This document shows positions 9,737 to 17,597 of a stretch of 32,000 bases of DNA, in pieces. A program made the position numbers and the translations under genes. Origin of the DNA: Geobacter sulfurreducens PCA (lineage in GTDB: Bacteria; Desulfobacterota; Desulfuromonadia; Geobacterales; Geobacteraceae). Position 1 is the first letter of the stretch, and the number at the start of each line of letters is the position of its first letter. Under the pieces are notes generated by a model that was given only the letters and a program-made list of their open reading frames with translations, had not been told where the DNA came from and did no database searches. Location: the NCBI RefSeq assembly GCF_000007985.2, contig NC_002939.5:1950001-1982000 (forward strand). Reading direction: 5' to 3'.

Positions 9737-9819
9737 TGGTGCGAGAGAGGGGAGTCGAACCCCTACGGTTGCCCGCTGGATCCTAAGTCCAGTGCGTCTG
9801 CCAGTTCCGCCACTCTCGC
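9737..9819 (-). tRNA. tRNA-Leu(TAG): tRNA-Leu (anticodon TAG), long variable arm, CCA encoded
   Basis: The reverse complement is GCGAGAGTGGCGGAACTGGCAGACGC... The anticodon stem is CTGGA/TCCAG and the loop is CUUAGGA. There is a 13-nt variable arm. The T-arm is AGGGGTTCGACTCCCCT. Confidence 0.88.
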
Positions 9820-9850
9820 AGATTGTCGCAACCAACTACACATACGAATA

Positions 9851-9871
9851 AGCCCCGTTCATCACGGGGCT
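9851..9871 (-). other. 7-bp GC-rich hairpin between tRNA-His and tRNA-Leu
   Basis: AGCCCCG-ttcatca-CGGGGCT. On the minus-strand RNA it is followed by UAUUCGUAUG, which is only weakly U-rich. It could be a processing site or a weak terminator. Confidence 0.4.
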
Positions 9872-9881
9872 CTTTCTTAAA

Positions 9882-9959
9882 TGGGGTGGCTAGTGGGATT
9901 TGAACCCACGAATGCATGAGTCACAGTCATGTGTGTTAGACCCCTTCACCATAGCCACC
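9882..9959 (-). tRNA. tRNA-His(GTG): tRNA-His (anticodon GTG) with encoded G-1
   Basis: The reverse complement is G-GTGGCTA...TAGCCAC-C-CCA. The extra 5' G pairs with C73, which is the histidine identity element. The anticodon loop is CUGUGAC. Confidence 0.9.
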
Positions 9960-9983
9960 ATATGTGATTTACCGTTAATTAGT

Positions 9984-10060
<77 letters not shown>

Positions 10061-10065
10061 AGGCT

Positions 10066-10143
<78 letters not shown>

Positions 10144-10190
10144 TTGGAATTTGTATAACTAACACATGCCGTACTGACATGCAAGTATTT

Positions 10191-10790
10191 TTATTCAATC
10201 CCCTGCCAGCCAAGATGATCTTTCAGAAGAGCCAGGGCTCTGCCGCGGTGACTCACGGCATTTTTGGCCTCAAGAGGGAGTTCTGCCATGGTTGCACCTT
10301 TTTCGGAAACGAAAAAGAGAGGATCATAGCCGAACCCTCCGGTACCGCGCGGCGAATCAAGGATTACCCCATGCAGTTCCCCGCTGAAGGTGTATCTCTT
10401 TCCTCCGGGCGAACACAGGGCGATGGTGCACCGGAAAGCGGCCGTGCGTTCTTCGTAAGGCACTGATTCCAACTCACTCAACAGCTTCGCATTATTTGCT
10501 TCGTCGCTGGCGTTCTCACCCGAGTAGCGGGCAGAGTAAACACCCGGCTTTCCATCAAGTGCGTCAACGACGAGCCCCGAGTCATCGGCGAGCGCAGGAA
10601 GTCCTGTAATATTGGCGGCAACTGAAGCCTTTTTCAAGGCGTTCTCTTCAAATGTCTTGCCGTCCTCTTCCACTTCGGGGAAATCCGGGAAATCCTCGAG
10701 CGACAACAACGTGAAAGGCAACCCGTCCAGAATCGCAGCAATCTCTCGCAGTTTACCCTTGTTGCGGGTTGCTACCACCAGCCGGGTCAC
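10191..10790 (-). CDS. rdgB: non-canonical purine NTP (dITP/XTP) pyrophosphatase, RdgB/Ham1 family
   Basis: 199-aa ORF with the family motifs [15 protein letters not shown] and HR(G)RA. The GTG start overlaps the rph stop (GTGA at 10787-10790). Confidence 0.92.
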   Translation of the reverse strand: MTRLVVATRNKGKLREIAAILDGLPFTLLSLEDFPDFPEVEEDGKTFEENALKKASVAANITGLPALADDSGLVVDALDGKPGVYSARYSGENASDEANNAKLLSELESVPYEERTAAFRCTIALCSPGGKRYTFSGELHGVILDSPRGTGGFGYDPLFFVSEKGATMAELPLEAKNAVSHRGRALALLKDHLGWQGIE

Positions 10791-11503
10791 TGCTCAAGCA
10801 CCTCTTGTTGAATGGCCATGAGACGTTCGATGCCGATCATGGCAAGGGAGCGCATATCATCCATCTGGGCGCAGGTAAAAGGTTCAGCCTCTGCGGTTCC
10901 CTGCACTTCCACGAAACGTCCCGACGAAGTCATGACAAAATTCATATCAACATCGGCTCGCGAGTCCTCAATGTAGTTCAGATCGAGCAACACTTCCCCG
11001 CCGACTATCCCAACACTGACAGCGGCGACCGCCTCTCGGACCGGCAGAGTCGCAATAGTCCCCTGCGATACGAGCCATTGAAACGCGTCGACCAGTGCGA
11101 CGTAGGCACCTGTAATAGAAGCTGTCCGGGTCCCTCCATCAGCCTGAAGCACATCGCAATCAATCAGTACGCTTCGTTCGCCAAGAAGCGTCAAATCTGT
11201 GACGGCCCGCAAAGAACGGCCGATGAGACGCTGGATCTCATGGGTCCTTCCCCCCAGCTTCCCCTTGGCGGCTTCACGAGGGGATCGCGTATGGGTGGCA
11301 CGCGGCAACATGGAATACTCTGCCGTTACCCATCCCCCACCCTTGCCGCGCAGAAAGGGGGGCACCGACTCCTCCACTGAGGCGGTGCACAAAACTTTTG
11401 TGTCACCGAATTCAACAAGAACAGAGCCTTCGGCGTGTTTGAGATACTTTCGTGTAATCCGTATGTTTCTGAGTGATGCTGGGTTGCGACCGTCTGAGCG
11501 CAT
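10787..11503 (-). CDS. rph: ribonuclease PH
   Basis: 238-aa ORF. The N-terminus is MRSDGR...[19 protein letters not shown]. It has the phosphate-binding [16 protein letters not shown] region and the [11 protein letters not shown] motif. Confidence 0.95.
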   Translation of the reverse strand: MRSDGRNPASLRNIRITRKYLKHAEGSVLVEFGDTKVLCTASVEESVPPFLRGKGGGWVTAEYSMLPRATHTRSPREAAKGKLGGRTHEIQRLIGRSLRAVTDLTLLGERSVLIDCDVLQADGGTRTASITGAYVALVDAFQWLVSQGTIATLPVREAVAAVSVGIVGGEVLLDLNYIEDSRADVDMNFVMTSSGRFVEVQGTAEAEPFTCAQMDDMRSLAMIGIERLMAIQQEVLEQ

Positions 11504-11536
11504 GAGATACCTCTGGCAGTTGGAAAAAAGCGTACA

Positions 11537-12637
11537 TTAAACGATGTGATGCAGGTTGTCAATCTCGGCGGCAAGGGCCGGCAGAGCCGTACGCCTGAGA
11601 GCACTCAACGACAGCGACCGAATGTGCCCCAGCGCGAAGATATCGATAAAACGACGGACGAGGAGTTGCTCGATATCCTCCAGTTCCGCAGCGGAATCGG
11701 AAAGTCCTTCGATTTTCCCCCCCGCCATCATGCCATGGCCTCCAGCGGCGCCTCTGCCCTCGACGAGCCGCTTGATCAACGTTCCTGCATTAACGTCGTG
11801 CCGGGAGGTGCGCACTGAAAGAATGATTTCGTTGTGAAATCGGCCAATCGCCAGCACAACATCGACCCCTTCAAGCCGGAGAAAAAAATCCGCCATCTCG
11901 GCGACAATTTCCGGAAAACTTACTTCTTGAAGATTTGTTGCCAGCAGATTTCCATAGATACGTGAATGTTCAATAGCGCGGTTGATCGTGAGGTAATATT
12001 CCACATGAAGCTTTGGATAGGTGATTTCATAGAGCAGTTTTTTGTTGGCCAGGGGGAAAAGCTTCAGATAGGCATCTCTATCGGGTCGGGCGGCCTCGCG
12101 ACCAAGATCCTGTGTTTCCGACTTAATCGCATAAAACAGCGCCGTGGCGAGATTGCTGCCAATAGGGACATCCTGGGCCTGCAGATATTCATAGACGATG
12201 GTTGCAGTTACGCCGTATTCTTCGCGGATATCATCCCATCGGCATCTCAAGCCGGCTTCCCGTCTGGGGTGATGATCAATAAGAATATCAACCCGCTTGT
12301 CAGGGGGGAGTGAATTATTGCCCGCCCCCGGCTGGGTATCGAGCATGCACGTAACGGAAAAATCCTGATAATCGATGAGGGCCAGCGGGGTCAGGGGGAT
12401 TTGCAGTTGCTTGGCCATGGCGATGTTCTCGCTCCTGCCGATCATGCCGGAAAAAGCAATTGTGGCATCCCTGTTCAGCTTCATAACGAACAGATGCCGC
12501 AGCGCTATGGCAGAGGCGAGACAATCGGGGTCCGGATTGTCGTGAACAACGATTAGGATCTTGCCCTTGCCCCTCACCCAGTTGAGCATTTCGTCCGTGT
12601 AACTCTTCGTCTTTGCAAGCGAACAACCTTCTCCCAT
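11537..12637 (-). CDS. DHH/DHHA1-family phosphoesterase (NrnA-like)
   Basis: The motifs are HDNPDPDCLAS (DHH I), IDHH (III) and GGHGMMAGG (DHHA1 GGGH). The ORF is open to an ATG at 12658. The second ATG at 12637 is preceded by GGGAGGGGGG and is preferred. Confidence 0.8.
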   Translation of the reverse strand: MGEGCSLAKTKSYTDEMLNWVRGKGKILIVVHDNPDPDCLASAIALRHLFVMKLNRDATIAFSGMIGRSENIAMAKQLQIPLTPLALIDYQDFSVTCMLDTQPGAGNNSLPPDKRVDILIDHHPRREAGLRCRWDDIREEYGVTATIVYEYLQAQDVPIGSNLATALFYAIKSETQDLGREAARPDRDAYLKLFPLANKKLLYEITYPKLHVEYYLTINRAIEHSRIYGNLLATNLQEVSFPEIVAEMADFFLRLEGVDVVLAIGRFHNEIILSVRTSRHDVNAGTLIKRLVEGRGAAGGHGMMAGGKIEGLSDSAAELEDIEQLLVRRFIDIFALGHIRSLSLSALRRTALPALAAEIDNLHHIV

Positions 12638-12723
12638 TGCCCCCCTCCCGGCAAACATAGACCTGACAATCTCCCTTCATACAATAAACACCAGCACAAA
12701 CTATTTACAAGGACCAGTCTATG

Positions 12724-12765
12724 CCCAAAAACAAAAGGAGGGGAAAGCATGCTTTCCCCTCCTTT
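12724..12765 (-). terminator. strong rho-independent terminator after the zinc-ribbon ORF
   Basis: A perfect 32-nt palindrome, AAAGGAGGGGAAAGC-AT-GCTTTCCCCTCCTTT (12734-12765). On the minus strand it is followed by UGUUUUUGGG. Confidence 0.8.
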
Positions 12766-12793
12766 ATCGTCGCCCAAAGGCTGACAGAATCGT

Positions 12794-12949
12794 TTAGCCG
12801 AGGACGATATTTTGATTTCTCGCCCTGTTCGCCAGGATCGTCGGGTCAATTACTTCTCCGCAGCACGTGCACTTCCAGGCATCAAATGACCTAACGAAAT
12901 CATAGAACTTCTCAGCGAACATGCGGCCTCTGCATTTAGGACATTTCAT
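12794..12949 (-). CDS. 51-aa zinc-ribbon protein (CxxC ... CxCC)
   Basis: Below the ORF-track size cut-off. Hand translation gives MKCPKCRGRMFAEKFYDFVRSFDAWKCTCCGEVIDPTILANRARNQNIVLG, ending at TAA. A G-rich SD (GGGGGGGA) lies about 8 nt upstream. A perfect TATAAT lies 22 nt upstream, and a strong terminator lies 28 nt downstream. It is the only coherent ORF in this self-contained transcription unit. Confidence 0.6.
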   Translation of the reverse strand: MKCPKCRGRMFAEKFYDFVRSFDAWKCTCCGEVIDPTILANRARNQNIVLG

Positions 12950-12970
12950 AGGTCATCCCCCCCATGTAGA

Positions 12971-12976
12971 ATTATA
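12971..12976 (-). promoter_or_regulatory. -10 element (perfect TATAAT) upstream of the zinc-ribbon ORF
   Basis: The minus strand reads GGTTATAATTC. The best -35 is poor (GTGAAA with a 19-nt spacer), so the promoter may depend on an activator. Confidence 0.35.
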
Positions 12977-13005
12977 ACCGTGAGTGTCCTAAATATTTCA
13001 CCATG

Positions 13006-13044
13006 TGTGCCAAACTGGGTTACCACTTGTGGCACAATGTGCCA
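13006..13044. promoter_or_regulatory. three 7-nt half-sites: TGTGCCA-N17-TGGCACA-A-TGTGCCA (candidate operator/enhancer)
   Basis: The half-sites are at 13006-13012, 13030-13036 and 13038-13044. The last two form a perfect 15-bp palindrome, TGGCACAaTGTGCCA. The element lies in the comEA / zinc-ribbon intergenic region, 30-70 nt upstream of the TATAAT. Confidence 0.4.
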
Positions 13045-13093
13045 GGAGACATTATTCTTAAATAAATTTCTATTTTTCAAGAAGTTACAAATA

Positions 13094-13663
13094 TCAAAAA
13101 AATTCTTTTAGTGACATCAGCGTCTTCGGACCGATTCCCGGAACCCTTTCCAATGCCTCAAAAGACGAAAAATCGCCATTATCTTGACGGTCACATACTA
13201 TCCGTCTCGCAAGCTCAGGCCCGATGCCGGGCAAAAGCTCCCAATCCTTTATGTCCATCCGATTTGGATCTAGAGGGATTCTCATCAGCATCAACTGAGA
13301 AACGGCCAGTTTTCCCAAGGAAACGTCGCTGGTTGCTCTGTTCTTATTACGCACGATCACGACATCACCATCGCAGAGGATACGGCCCACAGTAGCAGGA
13401 GGAAGATAATTAACCGACGAGTTGGGAAGCGCCATATTTATGACGCTCTGGCATGTGGATCCCCGGGCAACCCGATAAACGCCTGACTTCTCCGGTACGC
13501 CGGTTATCATGATGCTCACGGGGCGGTCATCGGAGCGCGAACGCACAAAGGCCACAGCAGGAATCTCCAAAGGGGATGTGCCATGGCCTTTGAAAAGTAG
13601 TGGTAATGTCATGACCGCTAAGGCAAGGGTGAGATACACCGCATGCCCGGTGCGGGGTTTCAC
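13094..13663 (-). CDS. comEA: ComEA-like DNA-binding protein (membrane anchor, SLBB domain, helix-hairpin-helix)
   Basis: 189-aa ORF with an N-terminal TM helix. The SLBB-like core is [26 protein letters not shown]...CDGDVVIV. The C-terminus has tandem HhH motifs ([12 protein letters not shown] ... [12 protein letters not shown]). The GTG start overlaps the cimA stop (GTGA at 13660-13663). Confidence 0.8.
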   Translation of the reverse strand: MKPRTGHAVYLTLALAVMTLPLLFKGHGTSPLEIPAVAFVRSRSDDRPVSIMITGVPEKSGVYRVARGSTCQSVINMALPNSSVNYLPPATVGRILCDGDVVIVRNKNRATSDVSLGKLAVSQLMLMRIPLDPNRMDIKDWELLPGIGPELARRIVCDRQDNGDFSSFEALERVPGIGPKTLMSLKEFF

Positions 13664-15246
13664 TTCTTGGAGCCTTCGATCTCTTCGCTTTTGTGGAGCT
13701 TGTACTCCACACTGTCCAGAAGAGCCTGGTAGGATGCATCGACAATGTTTTCCGAAACACCGACCGTACCCCAGCGGCTCTCTTTATCGCCAGACTCGAT
13801 GAGCACCCTGATAGACGAGGCCGTCCCCTGCCCCGCCGGCAATACGCGCACCTTGTAGTCCAGCAGCTTTACTTCCTTGAGGCGCGGATAAAACTTCTCC
13901 AAGGCTTTGCGGAGAGCATTGTCCAATGCATTCACCGGACCATTTCCCTCAGCTGCGGTGTGCTCGATTTTGCCCCCCACCTTGACCATGATTGTAGCTT
14001 CAGAAAGAGGCTTCTGGTCCTCATGGCGCTTTTCGTCGATTACCCGGAAACCGATCACCGAGAAAAACTTGCGGTGGGTGCCGAGGGCTCTTTTCATGAG
14101 GAGCTCGAACGACGCTTCCGCCCCTTCGAACTGGTAACCCCGGTTCTCCATTTCCTTTATATTTTCGAGAATTTCGAGCGTAACGGGGTCCTTGCTATCC
14201 ATCTTGATATTGAACTCTTCTGCCTTAGCAAGGATATTGGAGCGACCAGACAGGTCGGAAACGAGTACCCGCGTCATGTTGCCGACCAGCTCCGGCCGCA
14301 GGTGCTCATAGGTTTCAGGATGGCGCTGGATGGCCGATACGTGGACGCCGCCCTTGTGGGCAAATGCCGAGTTGCCCACATATGCCTGATGCTTGTTGGG
14401 CGAAAGGTTGGCCAATTCGTAGACGAATCGTGAAAGATCGCGAAGTTTTCTAAGCTGGTCGTCCCCAATGCACTCGCGCTTCATCTTGAGTTTCAGGGCA
14501 GGGATGATCGAGCAGAGGTTGGCATTGCCACAGCGCTCGCCGAAACCGTTGATGGTACCCTGGACTTGGACAATTCCTTCGCTGACCGCATGGAGGGAGT
14601 TGGCAACGGCGCACTCTGAATCGTTGTGCGTGTGGATGCCGAGAGGGGCCGTGATGTGCTTGCGCACCTCGCGGATAATCTCGACAAGCTCGAAGGGCAT
14701 GGTACCGCCGTTGGTGTCGCAGAGAACAATGCAGTCGGCCTTTGCGTCCTGAGCGGCCTTGAGGGTCTTGATGGCGTAGTCCGGGTTCGCCTTGTAGCCG
14801 TCGAAAAAGTGCTCGGCGTCGTAGAAGACCTCGGGAACATTCGCCTTAAGGTATTCCAGCGAGTCGAAAATCAACTCAAGATTTTCCTCGAGCGATATCC
14901 GCAGTGCCTCATGCACGTGAAAATCCCATGTCTTGCCGAATATGGTGCAGACATCTGGTTCCGCCTGAATGAGGGTCTTGAGGTTATGGTCCTTGTCGGG
15001 GGTTACCTTGGCACGACGGGTGGAACCGAACGCAGCGATCTTCGCCTGGGAGAGTTTCTCTTTCTTGATGTCCTTGAAAAAGGCAACATCCTTCGGATTG
15101 CTGCCGGGCCACCCACCCTCGATGTAGTGAATGCCTATCTCATCGAGTTTATGGGCGATCCGGATTTTGTCCTCCACGAGGAAGGAAATATCCTCCGCCT
15201 GGGTTCCGTCGCGGAGAGTCGTATCGTAGAGTTTTACAAGGCTCAT
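13660..15246 (-). CDS. cimA: (R)-citramalate synthase (CimA-type member of the 2-isopropylmalate synthase family)
   Basis: 528-aa ORF. The N-terminus [16 protein letters not shown]...[13 protein letters not shown] is typical of the long LeuA-related/CimA clade. It has an HMGL-like TIM barrel (HTHND) and a C-terminal LeuA-dimer regulatory domain. It sits next to aspartate kinase, as reported for Geobacter. Distinguishing CimA from LeuA needs a phylogenetic search. Confidence 0.8.
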   Translation of the reverse strand: MSLVKLYDTTLRDGTQAEDISFLVEDKIRIAHKLDEIGIHYIEGGWPGSNPKDVAFFKDIKKEKLSQAKIAAFGSTRRAKVTPDKDHNLKTLIQAEPDVCTIFGKTWDFHVHEALRISLEENLELIFDSLEYLKANVPEVFYDAEHFFDGYKANPDYAIKTLKAAQDAKADCIVLCDTNGGTMPFELVEIIREVRKHITAPLGIHTHNDSECAVANSLHAVSEGIVQVQGTINGFGERCGNANLCSIIPALKLKMKRECIGDDQLRKLRDLSRFVYELANLSPNKHQAYVGNSAFAHKGGVHVSAIQRHPETYEHLRPELVGNMTRVLVSDLSGRSNILAKAEEFNIKMDSKDPVTLEILENIKEMENRGYQFEGAEASFELLMKRALGTHRKFFSVIGFRVIDEKRHEDQKPLSEATIMVKVGGKIEHTAAEGNGPVNALDNALRKALEKFYPRLKEVKLLDYKVRVLPAGQGTASSIRVLIESGDKESRWGTVGVSENIVDASYQALLDSVEYKLHKSEEIEGSKK

Positions 15247-15362
15247 GCTTTCACCTTTCGGGAACGGCGAGGCGCATGTACGAAAGCGCGGAAGAAAAAA
15301 TCAAATGATCGATTTTCTCCCCCGCGCCTTCGAAATTCCGCGCTTCCGCTCTGGAAGTTTCT

Positions 15363-16580
15363 TTATTTGCCGGAGAGTCCGAACGCTTCGTGAAGCACCC
15401 GAACGGCCAGTTCGGTGTATTTTGCGTCAACAATGACCGAAACCTTGATTTCAGAAGTGGAGATCATCTGGATGTTGATCCCTTCCTTGGCAAGGGTCTG
15501 GAACATTTTGGTGGCAACCCCCGCATGGCTCCGCATGCCGACACCAACGATGGATATTTTTGAAATGTTTTCGTCCTCTGCCACCTCTTTGGCACTGATC
15601 TCCTTGGCCACTTCCTTGGTGATGGCGAGGGCTTTCTTGAAATCTGCCTTGGTAACAGTGAAGGTGAAATCGGTCAGGTCACCCCCGCTTACATTCTGGA
15701 CAATCATATCGACCGATATATTGGCGTCGGAAAGGGGCGACAGAATTTTGGCGGCGATTCCCGGTTTGTCGGGTACCCCCATCACGGCAATTTTTGCTTC
15801 GTTCTTGTCGTAGGCGATTCCCGAAACGAGAACTGCTTCCATATCCTTATCCTCCTTGGTAACCATGGTCCCTGGATTTTCATTGAAGCTGGAGCGGACA
15901 TGAACGTCCACATTGTACTTCTTCGCAAATTCTACGGAACGGATCTGAAGAACCTTCGCCCCGAGCGAGGCGAGTTCCAGCATCTCATCATAGGATACCT
16001 TCTCAATTTTCCGGGCATCCTGGCAAATATTCGGATCAGTGGTATAAACGCCGTCCACGTCGGTGAAAATCTCGCACACATCCGCTTTGAAGGCGGCAGC
16101 TACGGCAACCGCCGAGGTATCGGAGCCACCACGGCCCAGAGTAGTGATATTGCCATCTTTGTCGACGCCCTGGAAACCGGCGACAATGACAATGGAGCCG
16201 TCTTTAAGGTCAGCGCGCACCTTGGTGTCGTCGATGCTCTCGATTCGAGCCTTGCTGAAAGCGCTGTCAGTGATAATGGGTATCTGCCAGCCATGATATG
16301 ACTTGGCCTTGTAGCCCATCGACTTGAGGCACATGGCAAGGAGAGCTATGGAGACCTGCTCGCCCGACGCCACCAGCACATCATATTCGCGGGTATCCGG
16401 GAATTCGCAAATCTCATTGGCGAGGGCCACGAGCTTGTTGGTTTCTCCCGACATGGCGGAAACGACAACAACCATATCGTTTCCGGCGTCATAGGTCTTG
16501 GCGACCCGTTTGGCAACATTGCGGATGCGCTCGATGGACCCCATCGAGGTGCCGCCGTATTTCTGGACCACCAGTGCCAT
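15363..16580 (-). CDS. lysC: aspartate kinase (monofunctional, two ACT domains)
   Basis: 405-aa ORF. The N-terminus is [12 protein letters not shown], and GRGGSDT is present. The C-terminus carries tandem ACT domains. AGGAGG lies 8 nt upstream of the ATG. Confidence 0.95.
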   Translation of the reverse strand: MALVVQKYGGTSMGSIERIRNVAKRVAKTYDAGNDMVVVVSAMSGETNKLVALANEICEFPDTREYDVLVASGEQVSIALLAMCLKSMGYKAKSYHGWQIPIITDSAFSKARIESIDDTKVRADLKDGSIVIVAGFQGVDKDGNITTLGRGGSDTSAVAVAAAFKADVCEIFTDVDGVYTTDPNICQDARKIEKVSYDEMLELASLGAKVLQIRSVEFAKKYNVDVHVRSSFNENPGTMVTKEDKDMEAVLVSGIAYDKNEAKIAVMGVPDKPGIAAKILSPLSDANISVDMIVQNVSGGDLTDFTFTVTKADFKKALAITKEVAKEISAKEVAEDENISKISIVGVGMRSHAGVATKMFQTLAKEGINIQMISTSEIKVSVIVDAKYTELAVRVLHEAFGLSGK

Positions 16581-16656
16581 CTACCGTTCCTCCTTTGCTC
16601 TGGATCATATGTGTCATACTGCAGTTTGTATACAGGACACGACCGCAGGTCGTCAC

Positions 16657-17142
16657 TTAATAGCAGGAATCAGACCAGTGGTCAAAACATTTTTTTAATA
16701 AAGCTTCATAGGTTATGCCGTAAGGAACGAACTCCAGAAGACGGATGGTTTCATCCTCGTGTCGAAAGGTGATGTCAATCCGCTCCACAGGCAGATCATC
16801 ACCCAGACGTTCGGCCCATTCCACGAGACAAACACCTGTTCCATGGAAGTATTCGTCGAAACCGAGAGCCGCTGCGTCGTCAACGCCGCCCAGCCGGTAC
16901 AGATCGAAATGGTAGAGGGGAATACGGCCTCGGTATTCATTGAGGAGGGTAAAGGTCGGGCTGGTTATGGGGACCGTTTCAGCAACGCCGAGTCCGCGCG
17001 CCACTCCGCGGGCAAACCGGGTTTTTCCGCTTCCCAACTCCCCCGCCAGGGCAACGAATGCCCCGGCTGACAGCTCTCTGCCCAGAAGTTCCCCGAGTCG
17101 CTCGGTCTCCTCCTCGCACCGCGAAGTGACATTAAACACCAC
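16657..17142 (-). CDS. tsaE: tRNA threonylcarbamoyladenosine (t6A) biosynthesis ATPase TsaE
   Basis: 161-aa ORF with the P-loop GELGSGKT, then SPTFTL and HFDLYR motifs. The start is GTG. Confidence 0.88.
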   Translation of the reverse strand: MVFNVTSRCEEETERLGELLGRELSAGAFVALAGELGSGKTRFARGVARGLGVAETVPITSPTFTLLNEYRGRIPLYHFDLYRLGGVDDAAALGFDEYFHGTGVCLVEWAERLGDDLPVERIDITFRHEDETIRLLEFVPYGITYEALLKKCFDHWSDSCY

Positions 17143-17147
17143 GCGTC

Positions 17148-17597
17148 CTACCCCACCATGGTTCTGATGAGATCAATACGGGAGACAATTCCCACGAGCT
17201 TCTTCCCTTCAACCACCGGAAGCGTGTGGAGCTTTTTGTTGGCCATGATATCAGCGACCGTGCTCACCGGGGTTTCCGGCGTCACGCTCTCAACCTCGGT
17301 GGTATAGATATCTCCGGCGGTCTGGCCGGTTACCTTCTGGATCTCCCGTTCAAACTTCTTGGCACTTTCCAGATAGATAACCCAATCGAAAAGCGATATG
17401 ACCGTCGGAATGTGCAGGCTTTTGTCCTGCTCAATCAAGTCGGACTCGGTGACGATGCCCGCCAGGTTGCCCGCTTCGTCGACAACGGGGATACTCCCGA
17501 TCCGGTATTTCGAAAAAAGCTCGGCAAGCTCCCGTATGGTGGTCTCACGCCTGGCTGTAACAACGTTGGTTGTCATTATGTCGCGCACAGTCTTCAT
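17148..17597 (-). CDS. CBS-pair domain protein
   Basis: 149-aa ORF with two CBS motifs (IMTTNVVT...IGSIPVVD and IYTTEVESV...LHTLPVVE). Its ATG overlaps the nnr stop by 1 nt (TAATG). Confidence 0.85.
   Translation of the reverse strand: MKTVRDIMTTNVVTARRETTIRELAELFSKYRIGSIPVVDEAGNLAGIVTESDLIEQDKSLHIPTVISLFDWVIYLESAKKFEREIQKVTGQTAGDIYTTEVESVTPETPVSTVADIMANKKLHTLPVVEGKKLVGIVSRIDLIRTMVG

Noticed and set aside
12315-12849. Track ORFs 12315-12680 (121 aa) and 12574-12849 (91 aa) on the minus strand
   Set aside because: The first is an alternative frame of the DHH gene 5' end, with no SD. The second reads straight through the perfect palindromic terminator and across the DHH gene start. It is out of frame with the zinc-ribbon ORF, which has the proper start, SD and stop context.
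13029-13046. Sigma54 (-24/-12) promoter suggested by CTGGCAC on either strand
   Set aside because: The canonical spacing is GG-N10-GC (TGGCAC-N5-TTGC). Here the nearest GC follows the GG after only 8 nt, on both strands, and there is no TTGC. The TGGCAC cores are better explained as arms of a palindrome.
15251-15277. 8-codon mini-ORF (MRLAVPER) ending in the cimA SD
   Set aside because: It has no SD and no run of regulatory codons (Ile/Leu/Thr) of the kind expected for an attenuation leader peptide.
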